DNA of 64,000 bases from Elusimicrobiales bacterium (GCA_041665305.1 JBAYJD010000009.1:665-64664); one strand, 5' to 3'; counted from the first letter of the stretch, positions 1 to 10,387 are shown. Numbers and translations: made by a program. Notes: generated by a model from the letters alone, not told the origin.

Positions 1-94
1 CGCTGAAGAACACCGCCCAGATGGCGGCCAGAAAAGAGAAGATCTTAAGCCTTAAAAACCACTTTTTCAGGAAACTATCCAGGGCATGCAGCAT
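1..94 (-). CDS. Partial CDS (N-terminus only, runs off window); hydrophobic N-terminus MLHALDSFLKKWFLRLKIFSFLAAIWAVFFS
   Basis: ATG at 94-92 overlaps the TAA of the upstream gene (TAATG coupling); frame open to the window edge. Confidence 0.6.
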   Translation of the reverse strand, partial: MLHALDSFLKKWFLRLKIFSFLAAIWAVFFS

Positions 95-1611
95 TAGTTT
101 GTCCTCGTTATCCGGTTGAGGTCCGGCTTCGGGGTCACCGCCCGGCGCGAAAAACACCAGCCCAGCACCTCCCTCATGAACCGTTTGGAATTGGCGAATT
201 CGGTCGCGTTGGAAAGCAGGGAATAATCCTTGTCGTTAACTATGGAATCGGGGACGGCTATGCGATAAATGCGGTCCGATTTTACAGGGGAATTTTCTAT
301 GAGGAGCCGTTCCACGGCCGGGCCCTGCATATGGATCTCCATGCCGGAAACGCTGACGTCGCCGGAGGCCGTTTCTTCTATGGCCCGCTTCAGGTCCGAG
401 CCGCGGATCTTGACGAAGACAACGCTTGTATCGGCCGGCAGCACCCGGTAAAGATCGCCGGCGGTCACAGGGCCCCGCAAAATGTCGCCGCCCAGCACGG
501 AATTGTTGATGATAGCGGCGTTGGCCCTGGCCCAGCGTCTGACGCAATCAGCGGTAAAATTGCCGAGCGGGGAGGCCGAAGCCTCCGATCTTCTGATGTC
601 GGAGGCGGCCGTGCCTACGCGCCTTGAAAAAATTTTTTTTATTACGGCGCGCTGCCGGTCGATAGTTTTCAACGCGGCCTTGTCCTCGCCGTATTTGTCC
701 TTTTCCAGGAGGATGTTCCCGGCTTTAACGTTTACCAGGCGGCCCGTGCCCGGATCAACGGAGAGGTTTACTCTGGCCGCCGCCTCAAGTTTGGAGGGGA
801 CCGCCACGATCCAGGCTTTATTGACGCGCAGCGGCTTTGTAAGGCCGGGGTCGTCGGTTAGGATCAGGTCCAGCCTGGGGAGTTTGCTCAGGAAGGAGGA
901 ATAAAAATCCTTGGCGGGCGGCTTCCTGGGGTTGACGCTAAGGAGCAGCACCGTTATGCGCGCGCCCGCGTCCTTGAGCGATTTGAGCGACCGGGCTATT
1001 TCATAATTTTCCTTTTCCAGCTTATACTCGGGCAGATACCGCTGGACATCGGTCTTGGACGGATCCAGAATGGTTACGGCCAGAAAGCCGAGCTGCGCCC
1101 CTCCGGTGGGAATGAGCTGCTGGCTCTTTATGAAAGGCGGTTTCTTGTTGTTGTTCCTCTGATAAAGGTTCGAGGCCAGAACGGGAAATGAGGCGGTCCG
1201 GACCAGTTTTTCAAGGTCGGACGGCGAGAGCGTCAGGTCCTCCGGGCCCAGGGCCGACACGGCGTAGGGGACGGTGTTCATGCAGGCGGCCGTCGCGCCG
1301 CCTTTGGTCAGATATCCTTCCGGGGTGTCGGCGAACCAGTTGCCCAGGTCCACGGCGAGTTTCGGATTTTTTTCCTGGTTATAAACTTTGCGCAGTACGG
1401 CGTAACCCCCTATTTCGCCCTTTCCCGCGCGGGTGGCCGTGTCCGGCCTGGACCAGAGCCAGCCGCCGGAACGGGCGGTCGCGTAAATGGTTATTTTGTC
1501 CGTTTTGGTGCAGGCCGAAAGCGACAATAAGATCAGAGCGGCCAGCCCCGCCGGTCTTATCCAGGCGTTCGGGCGGCCGTCGCGGCGTGTTCGTGTATGG
1601 TAGGATCGCAT
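94..1611 (-). CDS. 5'-nucleotidase-like lipoprotein with degenerate metallophosphatase motifs
   Basis: Lipobox LSLSAC; FPVLASN; C-terminal SPLGNFTAD...AIINNS...GPVTAGDLYRVLP typical of 5'-nucleotidase C domain; metal ligands missing. Confidence 0.75.
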   Translation of the reverse strand: MRSYHTRTRRDGRPNAWIRPAGLAALILLSLSACTKTDKITIYATARSGGWLWSRPDTATRAGKGEIGGYAVLRKVYNQEKNPKLAVDLGNWFADTPEGYLTKGGATAACMNTVPYAVSALGPEDLTLSPSDLEKLVRTASFPVLASNLYQRNNNKKPPFIKSQQLIPTGGAQLGFLAVTILDPSKTDVQRYLPEYKLEKENYEIARSLKSLKDAGARITVLLLSVNPRKPPAKDFYSSFLSKLPRLDLILTDDPGLTKPLRVNKAWIVAVPSKLEAAARVNLSVDPGTGRLVNVKAGNILLEKDKYGEDKAALKTIDRQRAVIKKIFSRRVGTAASDIRRSEASASPLGNFTADCVRRWARANAAIINNSVLGGDILRGPVTAGDLYRVLPADTSVVFVKIRGSDLKRAIEETASGDVSVSGMEIHMQGPAVERLLIENSPVKSDRIYRIAVPDSIVNDKDYSLLSNATEFANSKRFMREVLGWCFSRRAVTPKPDLNRITRTN

Positions 1612-1732
1612 TTTAAAAAAATTGCGGCAAAATTTTTACATACCGCCGTCTTTAAGTCCACGGCCGGGAAAAACCGCGAAGCGGTGTCCTCCTGTGGGCA
1701 AATTCCCCTTGAATGGGTCCCGCCTGATACGG

Positions 1733-3292
1733 CTACTCCAGCCTTATAAACCTGCGGCCTGACGGGAGCGTCAGGGGCGAATTTGTTTTTACATCCTTTA
1801 TCAGAAAATCCCTGATGGGCAGCGAGGTGTCCCTGAATTCCGCGCCTTCGCTGAAGATCCTGCCGCCCGTCCCGCCGCCGGCGAGATAGTTGTTGGTGAC
1901 GACCGTAAATTCCGCTTCCGGGGCTATGGGGCTGCCGTCCCGTTCTACCACCAGGTCCTCCGGTTTGCCTTCCGGCGAGAGCCTGAACCGTGCCGTGAGG
2001 CCGGACATCTGCAATCTGGTCTTGCCGTCTTTTAGGTTCTCGGCGATAAGCCGCCGTATCTGCGCCCCGGTCAGTTTAAGCGTCACAAGCGTGTTTTCGA
2101 AAGGCATGACCTGGTAGATGTCGCGCAGTTTCAGCAGGCCCTTTTTCATTTCCGCCCGGATGCCGGCGGTGTTCTGAAAAGCTATCTCCGTGCCGGTCTT
2201 GCGGCGCATAACATCCGTTACCCAGTTGCCGATGGCGGAATCCAATCCGGAGGGGCTAAAGCCGAGATCGGTTTCGCTTTCCCCGATGGTGACATCCATT
2301 TCCTTGGCCGCTTGCTCGCTGAATTTTTTTATCATCGCGGTGATCTCGGGGGCCTCGCCGGTCTTATCCGTCCAGAGCGGTATGAGCGCGGCTTCGGCGC
2401 CCTTGAACTTTCCCGTGGCGTCGTCGAATTTCAGGTCCACTTTGCCGACATCGGTGAGCTCGAAGCCGCTTTCAACGATCAGGACCCCGCTGGTCTTGTC
2501 GTAATACCCGCTGGTAAACCCGACATGGTTGTGTCCGCCCAGGACGACCGCGGCGCCTTTTGCGGCCCTGGCCACCTGCAGAGTCCCGTCGGAGACCTCC
2601 CGGCCGGTTAAGGTCCAGGTGGAGATGTCCGCTTTCGGGCCGGTATTGGCGCCCAGCCCGAGATGCGCGAGGATCACTATGGCGTCCGGCGTAGATCTTT
2701 TTACTTCCTCCGTCCATCTGGCCGCTTCAGCCGGTTCGTCCCGGAATTCAAGATGGTTTACGAAAAGAGGCAAAGTGGAATTGGAGGTGTGCCTGCCGGC
2801 AAGCCCTATCACGGCTATTTTTTTGCCGGCTTTTTCTATGATGGTGTACGGTCTCAGATAGGACGGCCTGGTTCCGGACGCCTTCACATAGACATTCGCC
2901 CCCAGCCAGGGAAAGGAGGAATCCGCCGCCAGGAGTTTCAGGTTATCTTCGGAATAATCGTACTCATGATTGCCGACGGCCGCGGCGGAATATCCCAGCC
3001 GGTTCATCAGCGCTACGGAGGCCATGCCCCTGGTAAGGCTCCCTTCCGGGGTTCCCTGGAAGGTGTCGCCGGAATCGAGCAGGAGATAGGGATTTTTTTC
3101 CCGTGCGACCAGCGAAGAAAGGGCGGCGAAGCCGCCTATCGTCCGGGTGGAATTTTCCTTGTCCCACTTGGCGGGCCGGGCGCTGTACCAGCCGTGCACA
3201 TCGCTGGTGTGGTAGATGGAGATGGTCAGGGCCGAGAGTCCGGACCCGGCCGTAAAGGCCGTCAGTGCGAAGAATAGTATGGTTTTTTTCAT
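1733..3292 (-). CDS. Bifunctional 5'-nucleotidase/UDP-sugar hydrolase family metallophosphoesterase, secreted
   Basis: HTSDVHG, LLDSGDTFQGT, AVGNHEYD, LAHLG, GGHNH, QNTAGIR, MPFEN motifs; signal peptide MKKTILFF. Confidence 0.9.
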   Translation of the reverse strand: MKKTILFFALTAFTAGSGLSALTISIYHTSDVHGWYSARPAKWDKENSTRTIGGFAALSSLVAREKNPYLLLDSGDTFQGTPEGSLTRGMASVALMNRLGYSAAAVGNHEYDYSEDNLKLLAADSSFPWLGANVYVKASGTRPSYLRPYTIIEKAGKKIAVIGLAGRHTSNSTLPLFVNHLEFRDEPAEAARWTEEVKRSTPDAIVILAHLGLGANTGPKADISTWTLTGREVSDGTLQVARAAKGAAVVLGGHNHVGFTSGYYDKTSGVLIVESGFELTDVGKVDLKFDDATGKFKGAEAALIPLWTDKTGEAPEITAMIKKFSEQAAKEMDVTIGESETDLGFSPSGLDSAIGNWVTDVMRRKTGTEIAFQNTAGIRAEMKKGLLKLRDIYQVMPFENTLVTLKLTGAQIRRLIAENLKDGKTRLQMSGLTARFRLSPEGKPEDLVVERDGSPIAPEAEFTVVTNNYLAGGGTGGRIFSEGAEFRDTSLPIRDFLIKDVKTNSPLTLPSGRRFIRLE

Positions 3293-3296
3293 AAGT

Positions 3297-3839
3297 TTAT
3301 TGAAATGTTCCGGCCAGGAGTTCGTTATAATCGTAGACAGCGCAGACCAGTTTCTCAAGGCCCGAGTATATCCTACTAAATTTCAGATTGGCGATAAACT
3401 CCCGGCCGTCGGTTTCCGACGCCCTGAGCGCGGACCTCAGGCGTTTTGAAGCGGCGGCGGTGTTTCCGGCAGCTTCCGCCAGGGAGGTTTTACGGTCCGG
3501 ATGGGCGAGAAAATCCGCCTGGCTGCGGAGCGCGCGTTCCGTAAAAAGCAGCGCTTCCACCGCTTCATCGTCCGGCGTTAGGGCGTGGCGTTCCATATCC
3601 AGGAATACCGTTTCCAGGCAGGCTCCGGCTGTTTCAAGGCCGCTCAGCAGGTTGGCTTGTTCCGGTTTTTTTGTCCCAAGCGCCTTCAGGGACTTGTTCA
3701 CGGCTTTTGAAAATTGAACAAGTTCGGCTTTGACGCCGGCATTTTCGGGGGTGGCTTTGCGGCATAGTCCCGCCAGCGCCAGTGTGAGGCGCCGTAATTC
3801 ATAGCGCGGCCCGTCGGTAAATCTTAAAAGCAAGGTCAT
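3297..3839 (-). CDS. Helical protein, possibly divergent DUF47/PhoU-like phosphate regulator
   Basis: HALTPDD and LKFSRIYSGLEK segments resemble DUF47 FITPFD and IKWKDIYxxLE motifs; weak similarity. Confidence 0.4.
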   Translation of the reverse strand: MTLLLRFTDGPRYELRRLTLALAGLCRKATPENAGVKAELVQFSKAVNKSLKALGTKKPEQANLLSGLETAGACLETVFLDMERHALTPDDEAVEALLFTERALRSQADFLAHPDRKTSLAEAAGNTAAASKRLRSALRASETDGREFIANLKFSRIYSGLEKLVCAVYDYNELLAGTFQ

Positions 3840-3902
3840 TGTTTTATTTTAACATATCCCCGGGCGCAAACGCCCGCATGCCGGGTAACGCCATAAAGGC
3901 GC

Positions 3903-3939
3903 AAAAAACCCGGAAAGGTAGCCCTTCCCGGGTTTTTTG
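3903..3939 (-). terminator. Intrinsic terminator downstream of rpsI
   Basis: aaaaaacccggaaagg-tagc-ccttcccgggtttttt hairpin with T/A runs on both sides. Confidence 0.7.
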
Positions 3940-3964
3940 GCAATAATTTTCGCCGCGAAAATTA

Positions 3965-4360
3965 TTAACGCTTGGAGAACTGGAATCTCTTTCTGGCTTT
4001 CGGCTGGCCGGGTTTCTTTCTTTCCACCATCCTGGGGTCGCGGGTAAGGAAGCCGGCTTTTTTCATTGAGGAATGGAAGCTGTCGCCGAGGCTGGCTATG
4101 GCGCGGGCCACGCCGTGGCGGATGGCGCCGGCCTGGCTGGCGAGCCCTCCGCCCACGACCCTGGCTATACAGTCGAATTTCTGGTCTTTAGCCAGATCAA
4201 AGGGGGAAGTTATGACATATCTAAGGCGGGGGTTGTTGCCGAAGTACGCTTCCGGAGTTTTGGCGTTCACGGTCACTTTCCCTTCGCCGTTCTGCACCAG
4301 TTTTACCTGGGCTATGGAGGTTTTCCGTCTGCCTGTCGCCGTTATGATGTTTTTTTCCAT
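3965..4360 (-). CDS. rpsI: 30S ribosomal protein S9
   Basis: ATGRRKTSIA, GGGLASQAGAIRHG, LTRDPRMVERKKPG...QFSKR. Confidence 0.98.
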   Translation of the reverse strand: MEKNIITATGRRKTSIAQVKLVQNGEGKVTVNAKTPEAYFGNNPRLRYVITSPFDLAKDQKFDCIARVVGGGLASQAGAIRHGVARAIASLGDSFHSSMKKAGFLTRDPRMVERKKPGQPKARKRFQFSKR

Positions 4361-4372
4361 GTGATTGTCCTC

Positions 4373-4816
4373 TTATTTGGTTGAAGCTTTTTTGTCGGCT
4401 TTGGTCCCGTACTGGTCCTGTTCGCCCACGAACATCTTGAGCCTCTTCATGCGGCCGTGGCGCAGTTTGTTGGAATCGAGCATGCGTTTGACGGCGAGTT
4501 CGAGGATCTTTGTAGGGTCCTTCTCCATCTGCCGTTTGTAAGGGATGGTCTTGGCGCCTGCGGCATAACCGGAGTGGCGGAAATAAAATTTGTCCTCTTC
4601 CTTGTTGCCGGTCACCTTCACCTTGGCGACATTGGTGACCACGACGAAATCCCCTCCGTCCATGGTGGGGGTGTAGGTCCGCTTATGTTTGCCGATAAGC
4701 AGGATGGCTATTTTAGAGGCGAGCCTGCCGAGGACCTGTTCGGTGGCATCGAAATAATGCCATTTTCTGGTAGTATCCACTTCCTTCGCGCCGGGTAAAG
4801 TTGTTTTCTGTATCAT
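4373..4816 (-). CDS. rplM: 50S ribosomal protein L13 (alternative TTG start at 4834)
   Basis: WHYFDA...LGRLAS...GKHK...GDFVVV...HSGY...AVKRML; adjacent to rpsI. Confidence 0.97.
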   Translation of the reverse strand: MIQKTTLPGAKEVDTTRKWHYFDATEQVLGRLASKIAILLIGKHKRTYTPTMDGGDFVVVTNVAKVKVTGNKEEDKFYFRHSGYAAGAKTIPYKRQMEKDPTKILELAVKRMLDSNKLRHGRMKRLKMFVGEQDQYGTKADKKASTK

Positions 4817-4938
4817 AGTAGGTAATAATAGCAATTTCCTTCCTTAATGTAAATACCCAGAAAATCCGGGATTTTCCGGGTCCGGGGGTATAAATCCGAA
4901 TGTCCCCGCCGTAAGCGACTGGCCTCACGAACGAACAT

Positions 4939-4947
4939 ATTATAGCA
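4939..4947 (-). promoter_or_regulatory. Extended -10 promoter (TGCTATAAT) for rplM-rpsI
   Basis: Perfect TGnTATAAT on minus strand ~120 nt upstream of rplM. Confidence 0.55.
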
Positions 4948-5013
4948 AAAATTCCGCGCGCCGTTCCAATCTCTCATCTCCGATAAAGAAGTCGAAAAGC
5001 GCCGCCACGCTCA

Positions 5014-5397
5014 TCAGGCGGTTTTTTTGGCGAATACCAAAACATGGCCGTCGGGATCCAGGCTGTAGGCAGCGGTGTGCCCCCAGTCCATTTTTTTAAG
5101 AGGGGCGAGTTCCTTCGCGCCGGCTTTCAGCGCTCTTGCGTGGTATGCAGCGGGCTCTTCCACCAGTAAATATATCTCGGCCCTGGGCGTCCCGGCGGCC
5201 GAAGCCGGGTCGGGCAGCTTATTGCCCAACAGCCGTTTTATCCCTTTTTCAGGCATGAGTCCCAGCACGCAGCCGCTGTTTAACTCAAATTCCGTCATCC
5301 CGGGCACATCCAGCGCCGGTTTCATGTCCAGCACGGCCGCGTAAAAATCCCTGCTCCTGCCCTGGTCCGCCACATAGAGGATAGCGTTAACATCCAT
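5014..5397 (-). CDS. VOC/glyoxalase family protein
   Basis: ILYVAD...SRDFY, DWGHTAAYSLDPDGHVL. Confidence 0.9.
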   Translation of the reverse strand: MDVNAILYVADQGRSRDFYAAVLDMKPALDVPGMTEFELNSGCVLGLMPEKGIKRLLGNKLPDPASAAGTPRAEIYLLVEEPAAYHARALKAGAKELAPLKKMDWGHTAAYSLDPDGHVLVFAKKTA

Positions 5398-5430
5398 TGT
5401 TATTTCTCCTTTACGATGTTTTATGTCCGG

Positions 5431-6774
5431 TTACGCTTCGTCCTCCATCAAAGGTCTGTGCGCCTCAAGCGTTTCCGGGGCGGCGGTTGTCTTGAGAGGG
5501 GTCACATTCCAAAGTTTCAGCATCAACATGGCGCCGATGAACGAGAACGGCATTATCATATAGGTCCAGGAGTTCCAGCCGTATTTATCAAGCAGGGAAC
5601 CCATGAAAAAACCGGTGAGGCCGGAGGCCAGATATTGAACTCCGTCCAGCAGCCCCGCCACGGTCGAAGCCGCTTTTGTGCCGCCGAAATCCATGGAAGC
5701 GGTGCCTGAGAGCATCCCGTGCACCCCGAAGATCCACATGCAGGATACTCCCACCATAAATGAGGCCGTCAGCGGGGAACCGGTCCTGCCGAGTATATAT
5801 AAGGAAACGATCTGGCCCAGGTAGAAGAGGAAGGCCACAGGCGGCCGTCGGGACTGGAAGCAATGGTCGGAGAGATAGCCGCATAACATGCCGCCGGCTA
5901 TGCCGCCCACGGTGACGCCTGTCGCGGCCATGGTGAACAGCGTGCTGCCGTGCGTGATCTTGTGCACCTCCCCCAGGAACGGGACGAACCAGAGCATCAA
6001 GCCCTGCCTTACGAAGCCGGTGCAGAATTCCGAAACGGCGAGCGTTATTATGACGGGATTGGTGAAAACCCTTTGGACCAGGTGGTTGAAATCCACCGGC
6101 TTCTCCCTGTCGGAGTCATGGGCGGTCGCGTCGCCGGTGTTGAAGTCCTTGAAGCCCGCTTCGCCGGGCGTGTCTTTGACCATGAAAAAGTCCACAACGA
6201 ACATCGCCGCTATGGCGCCCGAAGGGATAAGGAACACGAAATACCAGGGCAGGTAGGCCAGGATCCAGCCGCCGACGGTCATGGCCAGGAAATAGCCGCT
6301 TGAGATCATTATGCCGAAGATGCCGCCGAACATCCCGCGCTCCCGGACATGGAACCACGGGGCGTTGACCTTTACCACTGAGAGGGCGCCGAAAGACTGG
6401 AAATATTGGTTGGCGGCGTACAGGAGGGACATCCCCAGGATCAGCTTGGTCTGCCAGCCGCTCAGGAACAGGAGGCCGATGGCAAGATTAAGCGCGGCCG
6501 CGCCCGCCGCGCCGATAAGGATGGCTTTTTTCCCGCCTATGCGGTCGGCCAGCGGTCCGTTGAAGGCGACCGACAGGGCGTAGGTCCAGAAACCGGCCGT
6601 GGCGATGATCCCGAAGTCGGCTTTGCTGAGGTGGAAATAATCCATCATCGTCTTGCCGGCGACGTTCAGGTTGTAGCGGCCCATGTAAAATGTCGCGTAG
6701 GTAAGACCCAGCGGGAACCAGTTTAAAAAACGGCGCGTCCGGTATTCCCTGGTGTGGTTCATGGGGTTTGACAT
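5431..6774 (-). CDS. MFS transporter, GlpT/UhpC (organophosphate:Pi antiporter) family
   Basis: YATFYMGRYNL, GPLADRIG, WFHVRERG, about 12 hydrophobic segments. Confidence 0.88.
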   Translation of the reverse strand: MSNPMNHTREYRTRRFLNWFPLGLTYATFYMGRYNLNVAGKTMMDYFHLSKADFGIIATAGFWTYALSVAFNGPLADRIGGKKAILIGAAGAAALNLAIGLLFLSGWQTKLILGMSLLYAANQYFQSFGALSVVKVNAPWFHVRERGMFGGIFGIMISSGYFLAMTVGGWILAYLPWYFVFLIPSGAIAAMFVVDFFMVKDTPGEAGFKDFNTGDATAHDSDREKPVDFNHLVQRVFTNPVIITLAVSEFCTGFVRQGLMLWFVPFLGEVHKITHGSTLFTMAATGVTVGGIAGGMLCGYLSDHCFQSRRPPVAFLFYLGQIVSLYILGRTGSPLTASFMVGVSCMWIFGVHGMLSGTASMDFGGTKAASTVAGLLDGVQYLASGLTGFFMGSLLDKYGWNSWTYMIMPFSFIGAMLMLKLWNVTPLKTTAAPETLEAHRPLMEDEA

Positions 6775-8832
6775 TTATTCTCCGTTCCAGATCTTGCCCT
6801 GGTAGCAGAAGCGTTTTTTCTTGATAGCGCCCGTGCCGAAGAAAGCCGTGCTTTCGGTCAGGTTCGACATTTCGGTGTCGCCGGCCCGGAAGCGTTCGAC
6901 ATAGGTGGACAGGATGACGGCCTCTCTGCGACAATCACGCTCCGAATAGCATAGAAAATATTTGACGCCGCGCTGCATTTTCAGGAGCCTTATGTCGCAG
7001 GGCGGCGTACGGAGCACATCGTCCGGGCAATCGGTCACTTTCAGCAGCCATTCGTATTCCGGTTCCGAGATTTCCCTGAAGCCGGATCTTATCAGTTTTT
7101 CAGCTTCGGCGCTTAGCTTTTCCTCTTCCGGGGTGGGGACGGCTTCGTAGGTCGTCAGCCAGGCCTTTTCCCCGGTCTGCGCCCGCCGGTAGGCCTGCAT
7201 CCCTTCCTTGGTCAGGCGGCCTCCCGGCTCGAAAAGAGGGCGGCCTTTCAGGTCGCGCAGCAGGAAGACGTCCTTCAGGGATATGGCTTTTTTTTCAAAG
7301 AAGCTGATCGCGTCGCGCGTCAGGTAGCCTAGGAAGCTTTTAAACCCCGCCAAAGAGAGCACCAGGCCCGTATGGTCCTGCTCCTGTCTCTCCAGGATGA
7401 GACCGCTGGTGTAAGGGGTTTTGGAGCGCAGGTAGTCCACCGCCCCGTTGCGTTCCGCCAGGCGGATGGTCCCGAGCAGTTCGAGGTCCTCCCGGGAGGC
7501 TGAGAGCTGGTTGTCGGCCGCGGCGCCGCGGAATTGCAGCTGCGCCAGCAGCTGGCTGTTGGAAAGAAGTTCGAAGCTGATCTCGTCCAGGCGTTCCCGC
7601 GCTTTCGCGTTGGCCGGCTCGGCTTTCAGGACCCGGGCGTAGAGTTCCCCGGCTTTTTTCAGGTCGCCCGCGGCTTCGTGCGTTTGGGCCAGTCCCAGCA
7701 GGGCGTTCAGGTCGTTCTTGTTTATCTCCAGGGCTTTGGCGTAGTACCTGACGGCTTCGGGGTTGTTGTTAAGTTTGAAATAGATCTGGGCCGTTTTCAG
7801 GTGGCAGAAAGCCGTCATGGGGCCGTCCCCGCCGAATAGCGCGGCGGCGGCCCGGTATTCGCCCGCGGCCTCTTCGTATTTACCGAGACGCATCAGATAA
7901 TCGGCCCGGTCGAGCTTAATGCGCGGCTCGCGGGGGGCCAGCGCGGAGCAGGCCGCCAGTTTCTTTTCCACCGCCGCCGCATCCCCGCTCCGTTTGAGCC
8001 CCTCGGCCTCTTTAACGCAGATTTCAAAAATTTTTTTAGGCGCGGCGGATGGAACCACGGCCGCGGCCGGAGCGGCCGGTTTCACGTGGGGTTTGACGGG
8101 GGGGGTGACGGGGGCGGCCGCCAGTTTGTTGATCTTCTCCCGGACCCTCCCGGCATAGGCCGCGGCGTTGAGTTCCTCGGAATGCTTCAGCAGTTCCCCG
8201 GCTTTGCGATAGTTCTTAAGGGCGCCGGCCGTGTTCCCGGCCCGTTCGTGTCCGGCCGCCAGGTAATAATATGCCTTGTAGTTGTCCGTGGAAATTTCCA
8301 CGCCCTGGGCCAGCGTTTCCAGAGCCCTGGCGTTATCGCCGTTCGCGGAGTAGGTCAGGCCGAGTTCCCGGTAGACCGGCCAGGCCGCGGGATCGAGCGT
8401 CCTGGCTTTTTTGCAATTGGACAGGGCTTGCGGTTTCCGCCCGTCCCCCCTGAGGAGTTTGCAGAAGCCCAGGTAATAAATATATTCGCCGGTCGCGCGG
8501 GCGGAGGCTTTATTGGTTATTACGCGCAGGGCCTCAGCCTGTTTCGAAGGACCATCGGGGAGTATTTCCAACGCGTAAGCGTACAGGTCCTTGTTGAAAG
8601 GGTCCTTGTCCAGGGCCGCCAGGCAGGTTTCAAGCGCTTTAGACGCATTTCCCAGCCGGTAATATCCGGCGGCCTGCGAGAGCGCCGGGGCGGTTTCGAC
8701 CGCGCCCGCCCCGCAGTTTATCAACGGGATGACGAAGAGCATCAGGCCCGCGGCGGCGGTTTTAACCCCGCGCTCTCTTGCCGCAGGGCGGGGTATGGTA
8801 AAAATTTTTAATAAAATGTTGTCGGGCGGCAT
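6775..8832 (-). CDS. Tetratricopeptide repeat protein, probably exported (start uncertain)
   Basis: Multiple TPR repeats (YRELGLTYS, AYYYLAAGH, ALLGLAQTH); hydrophobic N-terminal stretch. Confidence 0.75.
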   Translation of the reverse strand: MPPDNILLKIFTIPRPAARERGVKTAAAGLMLFVIPLINCGAGAVETAPALSQAAGYYRLGNASKALETCLAALDKDPFNKDLYAYALEILPDGPSKQAEALRVITNKASARATGEYIYYLGFCKLLRGDGRKPQALSNCKKARTLDPAAWPVYRELGLTYSANGDNARALETLAQGVEISTDNYKAYYYLAAGHERAGNTAGALKNYRKAGELLKHSEELNAAAYAGRVREKINKLAAAPVTPPVKPHVKPAAPAAAVVPSAAPKKIFEICVKEAEGLKRSGDAAAVEKKLAACSALAPREPRIKLDRADYLMRLGKYEEAAGEYRAAAALFGGDGPMTAFCHLKTAQIYFKLNNNPEAVRYYAKALEINKNDLNALLGLAQTHEAAGDLKKAGELYARVLKAEPANAKARERLDEISFELLSNSQLLAQLQFRGAAADNQLSASREDLELLGTIRLAERNGAVDYLRSKTPYTSGLILERQEQDHTGLVLSLAGFKSFLGYLTRDAISFFEKKAISLKDVFLLRDLKGRPLFEPGGRLTKEGMQAYRRAQTGEKAWLTTYEAVPTPEEEKLSAEAEKLIRSGFREISEPEYEWLLKVTDCPDDVLRTPPCDIRLLKMQRGVKYFLCYSERDCRREAVILSTYVERFRAGDTEMSNLTESTAFFGTGAIKKKRFCYQGKIWNGE

Positions 8833-8833
8833 T

Positions 8834-9391
8834 CTATTTGCGGATCCTCGGCAGGGTGACTCCGCGCTGGGACTGGTATTTTCCTTTCCTGTCCCTGTAG
8901 GAGATCCCGCAGATCTGGTCGGATTCAAGAAAAACAAGCTGGGCGATGCCCTCGTCGGAATAGATCTTGGCGGGCAGGGGGGTGGTGTTGGAGATCTCAA
9001 GGGTCAGATGCCCTTCCCATTCCGGCTCCAGGGGCGTGATGTTGACCACGATCCCGCAGCGGGCATAGGTGCTCTTGCCTATGCACAACCCTATCACATT
9101 GCGGGGGATCCTGAAATATTCCACCGAACGGGCCAGCGCGAAAGAGTGCGCCGGCACGATGCAGTACGGCGCTTTAAGGTCCACAAAGGATTTGGGGCTG
9201 AAGTTCTTGGGGTCCACCAGGCAGTTATGGACATCTGTGAAAACCTTGTATTCGTCGGAGACGCGGATGTCGTAGCCGTAGGAGGAGAGGCCGTAGGAGA
9301 CCTTGTTCCTGGCGTTAAGCTTCTCCACGAAAGGCGAGATCATTTTTCCCTCGAGGCACATCTTCCGTATCCACAGGTCCGATTTCAGCAT
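8834..9391 (-). CDS. dcd: dCTP deaminase
   Basis: [46 protein letters not shown]. Confidence 0.96.
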   Translation of the reverse strand: MLKSDLWIRKMCLEGKMISPFVEKLNARNKVSYGLSSYGYDIRVSDEYKVFTDVHNCLVDPKNFSPKSFVDLKAPYCIVPAHSFALARSVEYFRIPRNVIGLCIGKSTYARCGIVVNITPLEPEWEGHLTLEISNTTPLPAKIYSDEGIAQLVFLESDQICGISYRDRKGKYQSQRGVTLPRIRK

Positions 9392-9392
9392 C

Positions 9393-10322
9393 TTATGTTC
9401 TCCTTGCAAAAGGAGCCAGGCTCCTTTTGTACGCTTTCCGGGCCCGGTATACCGCCCGGACCTTTTCAAATAAATTCAGGCGGATCCGCGGGCCGGCGGT
9501 CCTGAACCGCCGCGCCTCCAGTTTGTCCAGCAGGTCCGAATAGAGACGGTCCATGACGAACGCGCTTAAAAGCCCCGGCTTGTCCGCGCGGCCGGCCAGG
9601 GTCCGCGCGGCCGCGTAAAAAACGCGCGCCCGAGCGGCCTCGAACTTCATTAATTCTATAAAATTGGCCGGATAATTGAAATTCCGCAAGGAGGGGTCTG
9701 CTTCGCTTTGGGATAGCTTCGCAGGACCTTGTTCCAGGGAAGTCCGGGGAGGGAAGGAGGAACGGTCGCAGCCGAATTTCCTCAGGTCTTCCAGCGGAAT
9801 ATAGGTCCGGCCAAGCCGGGCGTCTTCGAAGACATCCCTTATAATGTTGGTGAGCTGCACGGCGTAGCCGAGATTTTCCGCGTAGGCTTCGGCGCCGGCG
9901 CCGCGCCAGCCGAAGATCTCCAAGGCCGACAGTCCCACGGCGGAGGCGACGCGGTACATGTAGAATTTGAGTTCCTCAAAGGAAGCGTATTCCTTCTTGC
10001 GCGCGTCCAGCCCCACGCCTTCCAGCAGCAGCAGGAAATTCTCCTTGCGCATGGAGAATGTTTTTGCCGCCCAGGCCAGCTCTTCTTCAAGCCTCCCCCG
10101 GGGCGCGCCGCCCGAGAAAAGGGCTTCGATCCGTTCCTTCCAGGCGGCCAGGGCGGCCTCTTTTTCAGGCGGCGCGGCGGCGCCAGCGTCCGCTATGTCG
10201 TCCACCGTCCTGGCATAGCCGTAAAACGCGGACAACGCCCGGCGTTGTTCCGGTTCCAGGAATAAAAAGGCGGGCTTGAAACTGGATCCCGCTTCATAGG
10301 AGCAAGTAGGATTGAGGGGCAT
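9393..10322 (-). CDS. Squalene/phytoene synthase family protein (HpnD/CrtB-like)
   Basis: [51 protein letters not shown]. Confidence 0.9.
   Translation of the reverse strand: MPLNPTCSYEAGSSFKPAFLFLEPEQRRALSAFYGYARTVDDIADAGAAAPPEKEAALAAWKERIEALFSGGAPRGRLEEELAWAAKTFSMRKENFLLLLEGVGLDARKKEYASFEELKFYMYRVASAVGLSALEIFGWRGAGAEAYAENLGYAVQLTNIIRDVFEDARLGRTYIPLEDLRKFGCDRSSFPPRTSLEQGPAKLSQSEADPSLRNFNYPANFIELMKFEAARARVFYAAARTLAGRADKPGLLSAFVMDRLYSDLLDKLEARRFRTAGPRIRLNLFEKVRAVYRARKAYKRSLAPFARRT
9407..9429. repeat. Palindromic repeat family C (CAAAAGGAGCCAGGCTCCTTTTG); other copies at 18163-18185, 56484-56506, 56529-56552, weaker at 43213-43234
   Basis: Near-identical 23-bp palindromes at dispersed sites. 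Confidence 0.7.
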
Positions 10323-10387
10323 ATTTGCCGCAGGGCGCCGGGCACGGGTAAACGGCGGCGGACTAGCGCAAGTCCGTCCGCCGCGCG

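Noticed and set aside
4835..4935. Novel RNA upstream of rplM
   Set aside because: Hairpins with CCCCGG are most simply an ordinary ribosomal-protein leader; could not be confirmed by eye
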